A stretch of DNA of 62,048 bases from an uncultured Candidatus Peribacteria bacterium. GTDB lineage: Bacteria > Patescibacteriota > Gracilibacteria > Peribacterales > Peribacteraceae. Below, piece by piece: positions 50,848-60,919 of this stretch; position 1 is the stretch's first letter; each line of letters begins with the position of its first letter. A program made the translations under genes and the position numbers. The notes beneath the pieces were generated by a model that was given only the letters and a program-made list of their open reading frames with translations, searched no databases and was not told the origin of the DNA. Location: contig CAYRXE010000002.1 of assembly GCA_964428205.1 (NCBI GenBank), positions 1 through 62,048 on the forward strand, given 5' to 3'.

Positions 50848-51654
50848 TCATTGTGCATTCCAAGCTCGTGCCAAGGTGATCCATTCTTGGACCGTGAGCG
50901 TCTCGGGTCTGCGCGTACTTTCGATGTCGCAACTTTTGAGCAGTTCATCACCATCCGGGAGTGAGCCGAGCGTGTTTCGAAGCATCTTTCGCTTCCCGCC
51001 AAACCCAAGCTTGAGCAATGTGGTCACGCGTTCAATCACGTCTGGTTCTGCGAGCGGCTTGTTGTAGCAGTTGATGTGCAAGACCGCAGAATCGACCTCC
51101 GGAGGAGGCATAAAACACTGTGGTGGTACTTCCAAAATCATCTCGGCCTTGCCGTAGAGCCCTACGATGATCGTCAGGAGCCCTGCGTGCTTTTCGTCAC
51201 AGATCTTTTGTGCGACTTCCTTCTGAATCAGCAGTGTGAGGGAAGTCGGAGGCACAGGGGACTCCATGAAGACATGCCTGATGAGCGGCGAGGTGATGTG
51301 ATAGGGGATATTGGCCACAATCTTGTATGGCTCCACCGGCATAGGGGTTTGCAGGGCATTCCCTTGGACGATGGAAAGGTGATTCTGATCTGCTTTTATG
51401 AACCACTTCATGAGCGTCGTCATGCGTGCATCGAGCTCAATAGCGGTCACGTGCTTAGCCTTCTCGAGAAGGAGTTCTGTGAGGATGCCCACTCCTGGTC
51501 CAATCTCCACCACGTGATTCGTAGGCTCCACATCGGCTGCTTCCATGATGGCTTCTAAGACTTCTTCATCACGCAAAAAGTGCTGCCCAAGATCGGTGTT
51601 CAGGCGAATGTTATTACTCTGGAGAAACTGCCGAAGGCGGGCGTCGAGATCCAT
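50848..51654 (-). CDS. rsmA: 16S rRNA (adenine1518/1519-N6)-dimethyltransferase
   Basis: LGQHFL, VVEIGPGVGILTE and NIPYHITSPL. The start is placed at ATG 51654 (MDLDARL), about 20 aa before GQHFL. The ORF remains open to 52014. Confidence 0.85.
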   Translation of the reverse strand: MDLDARLRQFLQSNNIRLNTDLGQHFLRDEEVLEAIMEAADVEPTNHVVEIGPGVGILTELLLEKAKHVTAIELDARMTTLMKWFIKADQNHLSIVQGNALQTPMPVEPYKIVANIPYHITSPLIRHVFMESPVPPTSLTLLIQKEVAQKICDEKHAGLLTIIVGLYGKAEMILEVPPQCFMPPPEVDSAVLHINCYNKPLAEPDVIERVTTLLKLGFGGKRKMLRNTLGSLPDGDELLKSCDIESTRRPETLTVQEWITLARAWNAQ

Positions 51655-52226
51655 GGGAGAAGATTGACAGTCGTGACGAGCGCAGTAAAGTAGCGGCCGC
51701 TCCTTATTCATTAAAGGCATATAAAACCGCTTTTCACCTGCATCTGGACGTTCCGGATGCAGATGATCAGTGGTAGGAGGATCCATGATTACGACATTCC
51801 AGAAGGCGTTGTCGCCGGAAGAGTTCATCGCGAAGTTCGATAAGTTGCCAGGCAGGCTCAAAAATCGCCCGCCGTTCAACACGTCACGAGCAACCATCCT
51901 TGCCCAATATACTGCTGCAGAAAGGGCGAGGAGGACCGAGATGACGGCGCAGCTCTTCGCTCGTCTCGATAAACGGTAAGTGGATACATGCCTCTTGCCT
52001 TTTGCCCCACCCACATGCGGTGGGGCTTTTTCTTGACCCTCCTCGGAAGAGGCCTAAAATTCGCCAAATCTTCAATTTGATCTTTCATATATAGCTTTCG
52101 CCCGTCATCTGAACCTCATATGGATATGAGGGTCTGTCTCCTCAGCTCGCAGGAGATAGCGCCCCATCCTGGGGTGCAGATGTGCGAGTGATTCGTCTTC
52201 TTTTTTGGAGGTGTCCCGTGTCCAAG

Positions 52227-52454
52227 ATGGACAGACCTCAGTTCCTCAGGTTGGCCAAGCAGCTGTTCAGTGCGTTGCACGAAGCAGCCGAGGTCGACTC
52301 GGATGTCCCGGAATCGTTTGAATTCCATGGCGTCTGGTACGACTACGATGCGCCACTAGTTGCACTCTTTGATTCGCTCGACAATAAAGTCGAGCTCGTC
52401 ACGGCGGTGCAAGCGAGGTTGAAAATCCTTTGTGAGAGACTGGTGCCTTGTTAA
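52227..52454 (+). CDS. Small (75 aa) hypothetical protein
   Basis: GGAGGTG upstream. The ORF ends 25 nt before a strong + strand terminator. Confidence 0.5.
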   Translation: MDRPQFLRLAKQLFSALHEAAEVDSDVPESFEFHGVWYDYDAPLVALFDSLDNKVELVTAVQARLKILCERLVPC

Positions 52455-52479
52455 AAGAGCATACGAATCATTTCCTAGA

Positions 52480-52508
52480 CCGCCCCCTTCGGGAGGGCGG
52501 TTTTTTTT
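52480..52508 (+). terminator. Rho-independent terminator
   Basis: CCGCCCCC-TTCG-GGAGGGCGG followed by T8. The T-run overlaps the pcrA stop codon. Confidence 0.7.
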
Positions 52509-54771
52509 AATCGATCTTCCTCAGTGGCGCGATGCTCAGTGCGAAGGTTTTCTTTTGTCCGTTATCAAACGTGATGGTTGCGACATCTCCGCGCAGGGCG
52601 ATGATGGTGCCTTCGCCAAAGGAAGGGTGCGCAATGCGCATTCCTACGGCAAATTCTGCGTCCTGTGAGGCATCGTCATAGCCCATGTCCTGGTTAAACT
52701 CGGCCGAAACATTCTGCTTGAAGGTCTCCACTTTGCCACCGCCAAAGGCTTTTCTGCGACCGCTCTCGCTGGCCCACGCAAACGCACTCAAGAGCTCGTC
52801 ACTGCGACGTTCAATCTGTGCATCCGGAAGATCATCCAAGAATCTACTTGGTGCATTGCTCTGCACTTGGCCGTACAAGTTGCGACTGCGGGTGAAGAGC
52901 ATCTTCAAATGCTTCTTGGCGCGCGTCATGCCTACGTACATCAACCTGCGTTCTTCTTCGAGTTGTGCTTTATCGAACAGCGCATTGCTGTGTGGGAAGA
53001 TTCCTTCTTCGCAACCCGCCATGAACACGCTCTCGAACTCCAAGCCCTTACACAAGTGGAGCGTCATGAGCGTCAATGCGTCATCTTTTGCCGTCGTGAG
53101 CTTGTCGACCTCCGAAACCAGCGCCACTTCTTCCAAAAAGCTCGTGAGAGATGCATGTGGTTCCAGTCCATCGTACTTGTGCATCACACTCAGGAGTTCC
53201 AGCACGTTGCCGTAACGCTCTTCACCTTCTTCGGTGTCGTCGCGGAGCCATTCCTCCATGCCAATGGCCTGTAAAAGGCGCTCTGTGAGGCCAGAAACAA
53301 CCTCTCGCTGCGATTCGCGACGGAAGTGCTCAATCGTCTCGGTGAACTGCTTGAGGCGTACTTTTGCAGGCTCATTCACGGCATCAATCTGATCCACCTC
53401 CGTCAAACTCGTCCACAAAGACTTCTGTTCACGAGATGCATACGCCTGGATGTGGCCAAGGGTTGTGTCGCCGAGTTTACGAGCGGGAACGTTGACGATT
53501 CGCAGGAGCGAAAGTGTGTCCTGAGGATTTAAGATCGCATACAAGTACGCGAGAACGTCTTTTACTTCTTTGCGTGCGTAGAATTTCATGCCGCCCAAGA
53601 TGCGATAGGGGATGCCACCACGTAAACATGCTTCTTCGATCAAGCGTGACTGTGCATTGGTGCGATACAACACCACTTGGTCCTTCAAACTCACGCCGTC
53701 CTGCTTGAGTCTTTGTGCTTCGCGCACAATGTCCTCGGCTTCGGCGCGTTCGTCGCGCACTTCTTGCACGATCGCCTTGGGACCTTCCTTCTTTTCGGTC
53801 CACATCTGCTTCGGTGGGCGGTTAGGGTTATGCGAAATCACGGCATTACTCGCATCCAAGATCACCTGAGTGCTGCGATAGTTCTGTTCGAGCTTCACTT
53901 CGAGGGCATCGGGGTATTCCTTCTTAAACTCCAAAATATTGCGGATATCGGCCCCTCGGAAGGAGTAGATGGACTGGTCTGGGTCTCCAATCACGCAAAT
54001 ATTGCGGTACTTTTGTGCGAGCAGGCTGATCAACAGGTACTGCGCGTGGTTTGTATCTTGATACTCATCCACATTGATGTACTGCCACGTCTCTTGGTAG
54101 CGATCCAAGACGTCTGGCACCTCGCGGAAGAGCTTCACCGTCTCCAAAATGAGGTCATCGAAGTCGAGCGCACTCGCCTCACGCAGTGCTTCCTGGTATT
54201 TCTTGTAAATCGTGATGGCCGTATGCATGTGCACGGTCGTTGCCTGCCTCTCCGCCTCAATAGGGGACAAGGCTTCGGACTTAAAACGACTGATGTAGCT
54301 CATGGCAGCACGCGGCTTCATTTCTTTTTCGTCGATCAGCAGTTTTTTGAGAACCATTTTAATCAGTTTTTCCTGATCATCACTGTCGTAGATGACAAAG
54401 CTCTTGCTGCCACCAATATGCTCAATCTCCTTACGCAAAATTCTCGCACACACCGAGTGGAAGGTGCCCATCACGGGGAGTTTTCCAACGCCACGCTCAA
54501 AGGTGTAGCCGTCCTGCACGTCTTGCAGATGCAGGAGGCTCTTGATGCGCTCTTTCATTTCCGAAGCAGCCTTATTCGTAAAGGTAACCGCGAGGATTTG
54601 CCAAGGGGGCACGCCCTGTTCGATCAAATAGGCGATCCTATGAGTAAGCGCTTTGGTCTTTCCGCTGCCTGCACCAGCCAAAATAAGGGCTGGGCCCTGA
54701 ATATTCAATACCGCTTCACGTTGCGGTTCATTGAGGCCTTGCACGATGCTCGTATCGTCAGTTTTCGTCAC
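52507..54771 (-). CDS. pcrA: ATP-dependent DNA helicase PcrA/UvrD
   Basis: 754 aa. ALILAGAGSGKTKALTHRIAYL (Walker A), YINVDEYQDTN and the later SF1 motifs VTLMTLHLCKGLEF and YVGMTRAK. Confidence 0.95.
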   Translation of the reverse strand: MTKTDDTSIVQGLNEPQREAVLNIQGPALILAGAGSGKTKALTHRIAYLIEQGVPPWQILAVTFTNKAASEMKERIKSLLHLQDVQDGYTFERGVGKLPVMGTFHSVCARILRKEIEHIGGSKSFVIYDSDDQEKLIKMVLKKLLIDEKEMKPRAAMSYISRFKSEALSPIEAERQATTVHMHTAITIYKKYQEALREASALDFDDLILETVKLFREVPDVLDRYQETWQYINVDEYQDTNHAQYLLISLLAQKYRNICVIGDPDQSIYSFRGADIRNILEFKKEYPDALEVKLEQNYRSTQVILDASNAVISHNPNRPPKQMWTEKKEGPKAIVQEVRDERAEAEDIVREAQRLKQDGVSLKDQVVLYRTNAQSRLIEEACLRGGIPYRILGGMKFYARKEVKDVLAYLYAILNPQDTLSLLRIVNVPARKLGDTTLGHIQAYASREQKSLWTSLTEVDQIDAVNEPAKVRLKQFTETIEHFRRESQREVVSGLTERLLQAIGMEEWLRDDTEEGEERYGNVLELLSVMHKYDGLEPHASLTSFLEEVALVSEVDKLTTAKDDALTLMTLHLCKGLEFESVFMAGCEEGIFPHSNALFDKAQLEEERRLMYVGMTRAKKHLKMLFTRSRNLYGQVQSNAPSRFLDDLPDAQIERRSDELLSAFAWASESGRRKAFGGGKVETFKQNVSAEFNQDMGYDDASQDAEFAVGMRIAHPSFGEGTIIALRGDVATITFDNGQKKTFALSIAPLRKID

Positions 54772-54897
54772 TGGTGGATGGTAGCGGACACCTTGGAAAT
54801 ATTCATGTGAATCGCGGCTGAGAGAGCCGCTCTCAAATATTTATTTTTATATTCGAGAGCGCGTCTCGCACGCGCGATCCTGGAAAAATTTCACCAA

Positions 54898-56049
54898 TTA
54901 CATGCGTGATGCCGTGAGCTTCTTCGCTGCCGTTTCGAATGCTTCCTCAGCAACCGTGATGGGTCGATCAATCGCGAGGGGAGTCACCGTGCCACCAACA
55001 GCTCCGTCGGTAAGACGCACGACATCTTTATCGATCTTACGGAATTCGATGTACGCCTCGTTATACTGATTGACGGTCGTTCCCATGCTTTTGCCAAGTT
55101 TTTGCATAAAGGACTCGTAGTTCAAAATGTGCTTTCCAAGCGTTTCGACGTTCTTCTGGATCTCATGGACCGACTCCTGCATGCGGAACGCCTTGAGGCC
55201 TTGTAAGACCGTCTGGAGGTAGGCAAAGAAGGTAGCGGGCGAGACAATCACCACCTTTTTCTCAAACGCGTACTCCACGAGGTTCCTGCGGTTAATCTCG
55301 GTGCCGCCTACGTCGTTGACCAAAAGGTCGTAATAGATGCCTTCTGCAGGCAGGAACATGAAGGCGAAGTCTGTGGTGCCATCGCTTGGGCGGATGTACT
55401 TCGATGTTTCATCAATGCGCTTCTTGAGGTCCTCACGGAAGCCTTTCTCCAGCAGATCTTTCTTCCCTTCATCACTCACACTCATGAGCGCGCTGTATTT
55501 ATCCAACGGAAATTTCGCATCGATGGGGATTACTTTCTCCTGGAACAACACCACGGCGTCGACAATGTCTCCGTTACCAAATTTATACTGCAACTGGAAC
55601 TGACCTGGCTGCAGCACATGACCGAGCATGGTCTCGAGCCAGTACTCACCAAGGAGTCCACGGCCCTTTGGCTGTTTGAGGATCTTCTGAAGGTCCTGCA
55701 GCTGCTCCGAGAAGCCCAAGACCTGCTTGTTGGTCTCATCAAGCTTGGTCAGCTTCTCCGTCACCTTCTGAATAATGCTCGCACTGTCTTTGAACTGTGC
55801 CTGGAGCGTGCGCGAACTCTCCGTCATTCCTTTACTCAGCATGTCGCCGATTTTATCCATACGCTCCTGCACGTTTTTTTGATTCTTCTCACGACTGTCG
55901 ACCACTTCTTTACGTAGGTTTTCGAGCATCTCTCTCATGAACTTCATTTCTTTGTCGTCCGTTTTTGCGGTGGGAGTTGTGATGAGCTTCCACGCGACGA
56001 AGGCCACACCGGCCGCAATGATTCCGAGGAGAATGTAGAGAGGGGTCAT
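54898..56049 (-). CDS. rmuC: DNA recombination protein RmuC
   Basis: ATG 56049. N-terminal TM, coiled coil, then IPIDAKFPLDKY...FAFMFLPAEGIYYD, typical of RmuC. Confidence 0.85.
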   Translation of the reverse strand: MTPLYILLGIIAAGVAFVAWKLITTPTAKTDDKEMKFMREMLENLRKEVVDSREKNQKNVQERMDKIGDMLSKGMTESSRTLQAQFKDSASIIQKVTEKLTKLDETNKQVLGFSEQLQDLQKILKQPKGRGLLGEYWLETMLGHVLQPGQFQLQYKFGNGDIVDAVVLFQEKVIPIDAKFPLDKYSALMSVSDEGKKDLLEKGFREDLKKRIDETSKYIRPSDGTTDFAFMFLPAEGIYYDLLVNDVGGTEINRRNLVEYAFEKKVVIVSPATFFAYLQTVLQGLKAFRMQESVHEIQKNVETLGKHILNYESFMQKLGKSMGTTVNQYNEAYIEFRKIDKDVVRLTDGAVGGTVTPLAIDRPITVAEEAFETAAKKLTASRM

Positions 56050-56262
56050 GGGTCGAAGCCTACCACATGGTGTACGAATGTCCACTTCCACAGGTGTTTG
56101 TGAACACAAGAATGTCTCCATCATCCTTGCGTAGGGTCTTTGGATGCATATAATTGGCGTCTGTCCGCGCTGTAGGGGTGGCACTGACCCTCCTTCGGCC
56201 CGGCGCTAATTCTTTTTGTCTATTTCGCGCCCGAGTATGGGCGCTCTCATCCCCCCGATTGT

Positions 56263-56538
56263 ATGGCACTCAAGCGCAAGCGCTCCCGCAAGAAGAAGCT
56301 CATCGAGAAGCACCAGACGCACGTGAAGGACACGGGTTCCCCCCAGGTCCAGATTGCGATCCTGAGCAAGCGCATCAACGAGCTCACCGATCACCTCAAA
56401 GACCACAAGAAGGACCAGTCTGCCCGCAAGGGTCTCCTTGGTCTTGTCGCACACCGTCGCGACTTGCTCGTGTACCTCAAGCGCAACAAGCCAACGCAGT
56501 ACGAGAAGGTACTCGAGGCAAACGATCTCAAGCGCTAA
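56263..56538 (+). CDS. rpsO: 30S ribosomal protein S15
   Basis: TGSPQVQIAILSKRINELTDHLKDHKKDQSARKGLLGLVAHRRDLLVYL. Confidence 0.95.
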   Translation: MALKRKRSRKKKLIEKHQTHVKDTGSPQVQIAILSKRINELTDHLKDHKKDQSARKGLLGLVAHRRDLLVYLKRNKPTQYEKVLEANDLKR

Positions 56539-56552
56539 ATCCTTTCGATACT

Positions 56553-56582
56553 AAAAACGCCCCAGTGTCGGGGCGTTTTTTT
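56553..56582. terminator. Bidirectional rho-independent terminator (rpsO and the convergent giant gene)
   Basis: AAAAA-CGCCCC-AGTGTC-GGGGCG-TTTTTTT. Confidence 0.75.
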
Positions 56583-56597
56583 GTACCTGTTATTTCC

Positions 56598-59500
56598 TCA
56601 TAACCTCAGCACATTCACGACCATGTCGTCCGAGCCCCACTTGGCTCCGTCATTCGACCTCAAGCGGAACACATACACGCCTGTCTGACGGAACTTCACG
56701 AGTGGATCCAAGATGTTCGTGTTGCTAAAGCTCGCCTTCGAAGGACCGGTGATCTGCGACCAGATGTAGGTGAGTCCCGGAGGAAGAGGCAGACCGTCAT
56801 CGGTCACCACGCCCTTCATTTGCGCAGCACTTCCAAGCTTGATGGTTTGATCCGGACCGGCATCGACCGTGGGTGGCATGTTGTAGCGATTCACTCCCAC
56901 AACAATGTCGTCGGTCACCTGGATTTCGCCGTCATTGGCATGCAGGCGGAAGACGTAGGTTCCCACTTCTGTGAAGCGTACGTACGTCTGCAAGCCACCT
57001 GGGTTACTCAATTCTACGAGCGGTCCGCTCACCTGACTCCAGGCAATGCCGAGGGATCCGGGAGGTACCGGCAGTCCATCGTCGCTTGCCTGACCACTGA
57101 GGAGAATGGTTGCCGGGTAGGACGAGGCAAGCATCACTTTGCGATCTTTTCCTGCGTTCACTTTGGGCGGCATGTTCCTGGCAGCGGATTTTACGGTGAC
57201 CAACATGTCGTCCGTTCCAGAGAGCTCTCCGTCTGTACCGGTGATACGAAGGGTGTAGATACCCGCGGTCGAGAACTTTGCGATGGTCTGGAACTCGGTT
57301 GGGTCACTAAACGTGACAGACCCCGGGCCAGACACTTTCGTCCACGCAGGGACGACTGCTGCCGGAGGATTGGGCAACCCATCATCGCTGCTCTTACCAG
57401 AGAGCTTTGCGGCGTCTGGCAGCACAATCACCTGGTCATCTCCTGCAGAAAGAACAGGTGGCTGGTTCTTTGGTTCCGGCTTCACAACGACCGTGCGCTC
57501 ATCAGAGGCAGAGAGTGCGCTATCGCTCACAGAAAGCCTGAGAACGTATGTGCCATCGGTCGAGAAGCTCACGGTCGTGGCAATGTCACGATTGTTTTCG
57601 AACGTGACTGTGCCCGGACCCGAAACTTTGGACCACTCTGTCGTCAGAGTTGCCGGAGGATTTGGCAGGCCATCATCACCAACCATGCCATCAAGGCTCA
57701 AGTGAGAGGGCAAGGTGATGGTTGAGTCAGCTCCTGCATTCGCTTGGGGCGGGAGGTTATTTACTGGCTTGGGTTTGACGATCACCGTCATGGTGTCACT
57801 GCCCATCAACTCGCCATCATCACCAGTCAGCTTGAGCACGTACGTGCCTGCCGTGCTAAAGGCAGCATTCGTTTGTGCAGAATCCATTGGCTGGAAGACC
57901 ACACTTCCCGGTCCTGAGACTTTGTCCCAACTGATGAGAACAATCCCGGGAGGAACAGGGAGGCCGTCATCTTTTACCGTGCCGTTGAGAGGGGCTGTCT
58001 CTGGCAACGTGATCGTCATGTCATTTCCTGCAGTAGCTTCTGGTGGTTGATTGGCAGCGCTCTGATTGCTCACGGTCACGTGCACAGGAGCAGACCACAG
58101 CGGAGTGCCTGCACTGTTGACCAATGCAAATGCGTCGAGCGTGTGCTTACCGTTTGCCACCTTTGTGGTATCCCACGCATAGCTGTAGGGCTTGCTGTTA
58201 TCTGCAGCGCCTACGTTGACACCGTCGACGCGGAACTGCACGTGAACGACATTCGTATTCGTTTCGGCAATGATGTTCCTGATGCCCGAGACTGTGGAGT
58301 TCTCGAGGGGATCCGTAATCCACAGATACATCATCGGCTGAGATGAGTTATTGGAAGAACTCGAAGAGCTCAGCGAACTCGAGGATGAAGAGCGAGCAGT
58401 GGAACTCCATGAAGAAGAAGCAGAGGACTTCGATGAAGACGACGATGTTCCTGGGCCTGGTGCCGGTGCAGGCGCTGGGCCACCTGTGGAACTGGAAGAC
58501 GAAGACGATGATGAACTCGAAGAGGATGAGCTTGAAGATGAGGACGACGAAGAGCTGCCACCGCCAGGTATGACGGTGAGAATCGCTGTATTCGAGACCG
58601 CGCTTTGTGCGCCGTTGGAGTAGTTCTGCCCCACATGCACGCGAATGTGCAGGTTGTTCATCGTTTGATCGACATTATTAATTTGGAGAGTGTCTTCGAA
58701 CGTGCTGCCGTTGCCGTAGTAGTTCACCCATGAAGTGCCACCATCTGTACTCTTGTACCATGTGTAGAAGTAGTTTTCCTTTGCGCCTCCTGGCAACACA
58801 GAGAACGTTGCCGTGCCCCCTACGGGGACGGTGACGTCTTGTGGGTGAGAGCTCACTGTGGGGGCTCCGGTTTTGAGCACCATCAAGAGGGCATGTGCAG
58901 ACGTTGCTGTTGCGCTTCCGTTCATGGCTTTTACTCGGAAGAGTGCATTAGCATCGGCCAAGCTTGTGGTGATGGCGTATGTTGATGATGTTGCTCCATT
59001 GATGGTCGACCAGCTCGCGCCATTGTCGTTGCTGCGCTCCCATTGATAACTACTTGCGCCAGAAGCTTCTACCGCGAATGTTGCCGTTTGTCCTTCGAAC
59101 ACTTGCCATGGCATAGGTGGTTGCTTGATGGACACACCCGTTGGAATATTCAGCTGGAAGACGTAGATGGAAGGCGGATACCCACAGCATCCTACTTTGT
59201 AGTCACTGCGCTTCATCACGAAGACACGTTTGGTAACGGGATCATAGGTGATGCCGCCGGCGTAACGATGTTGACTGCCCGGGCTCAGCTGGTCGTCTCT
59301 CCACTGGTACTTTGGTTGTATTTCCCAAATCTGCTTTTGACCAAGGGCGACGGATCCGAGATCGTTCAGATCCCACACGCTCCACCAGAAGCCGTACTTT
59401 TCATTCACGATGGTGCTCTGGCGGTATGTCTCGCGACCTTCGGTACGACCGCGACCACAGAGAAGTCCCTGGAACTCCACCTCCGATACCACAGTACAAA

Positions 59501-60512
59501 GTTGTCCTCCTGCATCCATCCACGTTGGGTAGCCAATATTCCCTACTGCGGCCCATGCGTCATTTTTTTGCAGGTAGTTTGCTGAGCGATGTTCACGATC
59601 GGGGTTCGTGTAGGCAACGCCGTTTTGCGGATACCCCACGAGACGGGTACTTGGCAGAGGCGTTCCCGTACCGGTTGTCGTCGAAGGAGGATTCACCGCC
59701 GCAAGCGCGATGCCTTTGGAGGCTGAGGCGTTAATAGAGAAGCCGACACCGCCACATCCTATAGCCAAGTTTTTACCGCCCGTGAATTGATTGGCGAACC
59801 ACTGCGGAAGCTTGAAGGTGCAACCGCGAGTCCAGTGCGCATTCGTGCCTTCCAAGCCCCATGGGCCATACGATTCCATCGTGTTGTTTGCGTCATTGAG
59901 TACTGTGAAGCCGAATGCAGGCTTACCCTGGTAGTTCTGCGTGTCATACCAGTTGCCGTAGTTCCAGTAGAGACGAGATGTCGTCTCGTCGAAGAACAGG
60001 CCATGCGTCTCACTTCCTGAGCTGAGATTGCAGTTCCATGCGTTGTTGTATATTTCACACTTATGTCCTTGGTAGACGTCTCCCCATGCCTTTACCACTG
60101 TTGCTACAGGAAAAGGATCTGTCACGGTTTGCCCCGGATAATTTACTTCGTAGACTTTGCCTCCACCGTACGCGTGTGCAGTGGAGAAGAATCGCAGTCC
60201 TCCATTTACCCTGCGCATGGCCAGCCCTCCATTCGTAAAGCTGCTCGTCGGGTAATTAGACAATCCGGGAATAGAGTCGGGAATTTTGAACTTTCCCATG
60301 TACGTAAAATTTGAAGCATTCAATATGGGTGCGCCTCCGAATCCACCACTCGACGAACTGCCCCCCGTCTGACCTGTCAGCGGCATACTCGGCATTGAGC
60401 CCGGCCAGAATGTGTTGGCCGTTATCACTCCTATAGAAACAATGACCGCAATCACAGCGTCGCGCTGCGGTATAGCTGTCCGCAACGTGTCGCGGACGAA
60501 AGACAAGTTCAT
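56598..60512 (-). CDS. Giant secreted/cell-surface protein: unknown N-terminal domain, Ig-like domains, poly-Ser linker, five PKD-like DDGLP repeats
   Basis: ATG 60512 (MNLSFVRD.., TM/signal AVIAVIVSIGVI). The ORF track start at 60578 is also possible. Domain order was read directly from the translation. Confidence 0.85.
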   Translation of the reverse strand: MNLSFVRDTLRTAIPQRDAVIAVIVSIGVITANTFWPGSMPSMPLTGQTGGSSSSGGFGGAPILNASNFTYMGKFKIPDSIPGLSNYPTSSFTNGGLAMRRVNGGLRFFSTAHAYGGGKVYEVNYPGQTVTDPFPVATVVKAWGDVYQGHKCEIYNNAWNCNLSSGSETHGLFFDETTSRLYWNYGNWYDTQNYQGKPAFGFTVLNDANNTMESYGPWGLEGTNAHWTRGCTFKLPQWFANQFTGGKNLAIGCGGVGFSINASASKGIALAAVNPPSTTTGTGTPLPSTRLVGYPQNGVAYTNPDREHRSANYLQKNDAWAAVGNIGYPTWMDAGGQLCTVVSEVEFQGLLCGRGRTEGRETYRQSTIVNEKYGFWWSVWDLNDLGSVALGQKQIWEIQPKYQWRDDQLSPGSQHRYAGGITYDPVTKRVFVMKRSDYKVGCCGYPPSIYVFQLNIPTGVSIKQPPMPWQVFEGQTATFAVEASGASSYQWERSNDNGASWSTINGATSSTYAITTSLADANALFRVKAMNGSATATSAHALLMVLKTGAPTVSSHPQDVTVPVGGTATFSVLPGGAKENYFYTWYKSTDGGTSWVNYYGNGSTFEDTLQINNVDQTMNNLHIRVHVGQNYSNGAQSAVSNTAILTVIPGGGSSSSSSSSSSSSSSSSSSSSSSSTGGPAPAPAPGPGTSSSSSKSSASSSWSSTARSSSSSSLSSSSSSNNSSQPMMYLWITDPLENSTVSGIRNIIAETNTNVVHVQFRVDGVNVGAADNSKPYSYAWDTTKVANGKHTLDAFALVNSAGTPLWSAPVHVTVSNQSAANQPPEATAGNDMTITLPETAPLNGTVKDDGLPVPPGIVLISWDKVSGPGSVVFQPMDSAQTNAAFSTAGTYVLKLTGDDGELMGSDTMTVIVKPKPVNNLPPQANAGADSTITLPSHLSLDGMVGDDGLPNPPATLTTEWSKVSGPGTVTFENNRDIATTVSFSTDGTYVLRLSVSDSALSASDERTVVVKPEPKNQPPVLSAGDDQVIVLPDAAKLSGKSSDDGLPNPPAAVVPAWTKVSGPGSVTFSDPTEFQTIAKFSTAGIYTLRITGTDGELSGTDDMLVTVKSAARNMPPKVNAGKDRKVMLASSYPATILLSGQASDDGLPVPPGSLGIAWSQVSGPLVELSNPGGLQTYVRFTEVGTYVFRLHANDGEIQVTDDIVVGVNRYNMPPTVDAGPDQTIKLGSAAQMKGVVTDDGLPLPPGLTYIWSQITGPSKASFSNTNILDPLVKFRQTGVYVFRLRSNDGAKWGSDDMVVNVLRL
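56601..58055 (-). repeat. Five tandem 94-99-aa domain repeats (PKD/Ig-like)
   Basis: Each unit reads PP...AG.D..I.LP....L.G...DDGLP.PP.......W..VSGPG.V.F.......T...FS..G.Y.L.L...DG.......D...V.V. The copies are diverged, not identical. Confidence 0.8.
58342..58556 (-). repeat. Ser-rich low-complexity linker including a 23-residue homopolymeric Ser run
   Basis: The Ser23 run (58488-58556) mixes all six Ser codons (AGC TCT TCG TCC TCA AGT). It is followed by GGPAPAPAPGPG and more S-rich sequence. Confidence 0.8.
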
Positions 60513-60919
60513 ACGCAAAGAGGAGTAAGGGGGATTAACGCTCTTTATACAGTGAGAGAAAATTCCTGAACAAGTCATTTGTTCTCAGCTTGTCTTTCAC
60601 AGAAGCGATTTGTGTTGTGAGGTCATCTTCGTGGATTTCCAAATCTCTCCTGATTTTTCCGCTTAAAGGAGAAGTGGCACCGACGAAAAATCTGACATGC
60701 AACACAAAAAGTCCGTGTGCACCTCATCATCACACGCTCAACACAGAGGTGGAATTTCCTTTTTTGGCTGACGACAGCTATACTGTACGCAGTTCCTTCC
60801 GCACACCGCCTCTTTTCATCTTCCTGGGTTTACGTCTGAGCGCCCGCCGGGCATTCGTATGTGAATCCAAGATAAAGAGAGAGACATGAGCGGAAAGGGC
60901 ATCCTTTCCTCCTTATCGT

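Noticed and set aside
53677-54810. 377-aa + strand ORF
   Set aside because: Antisense shadow of pcrA.
58351-58623. 90-aa highly acidic + strand ORF (EELEELSELEDEE...)
   Set aside because: It is the antisense reading of the poly-Ser linker of the 1300-aa surface protein.
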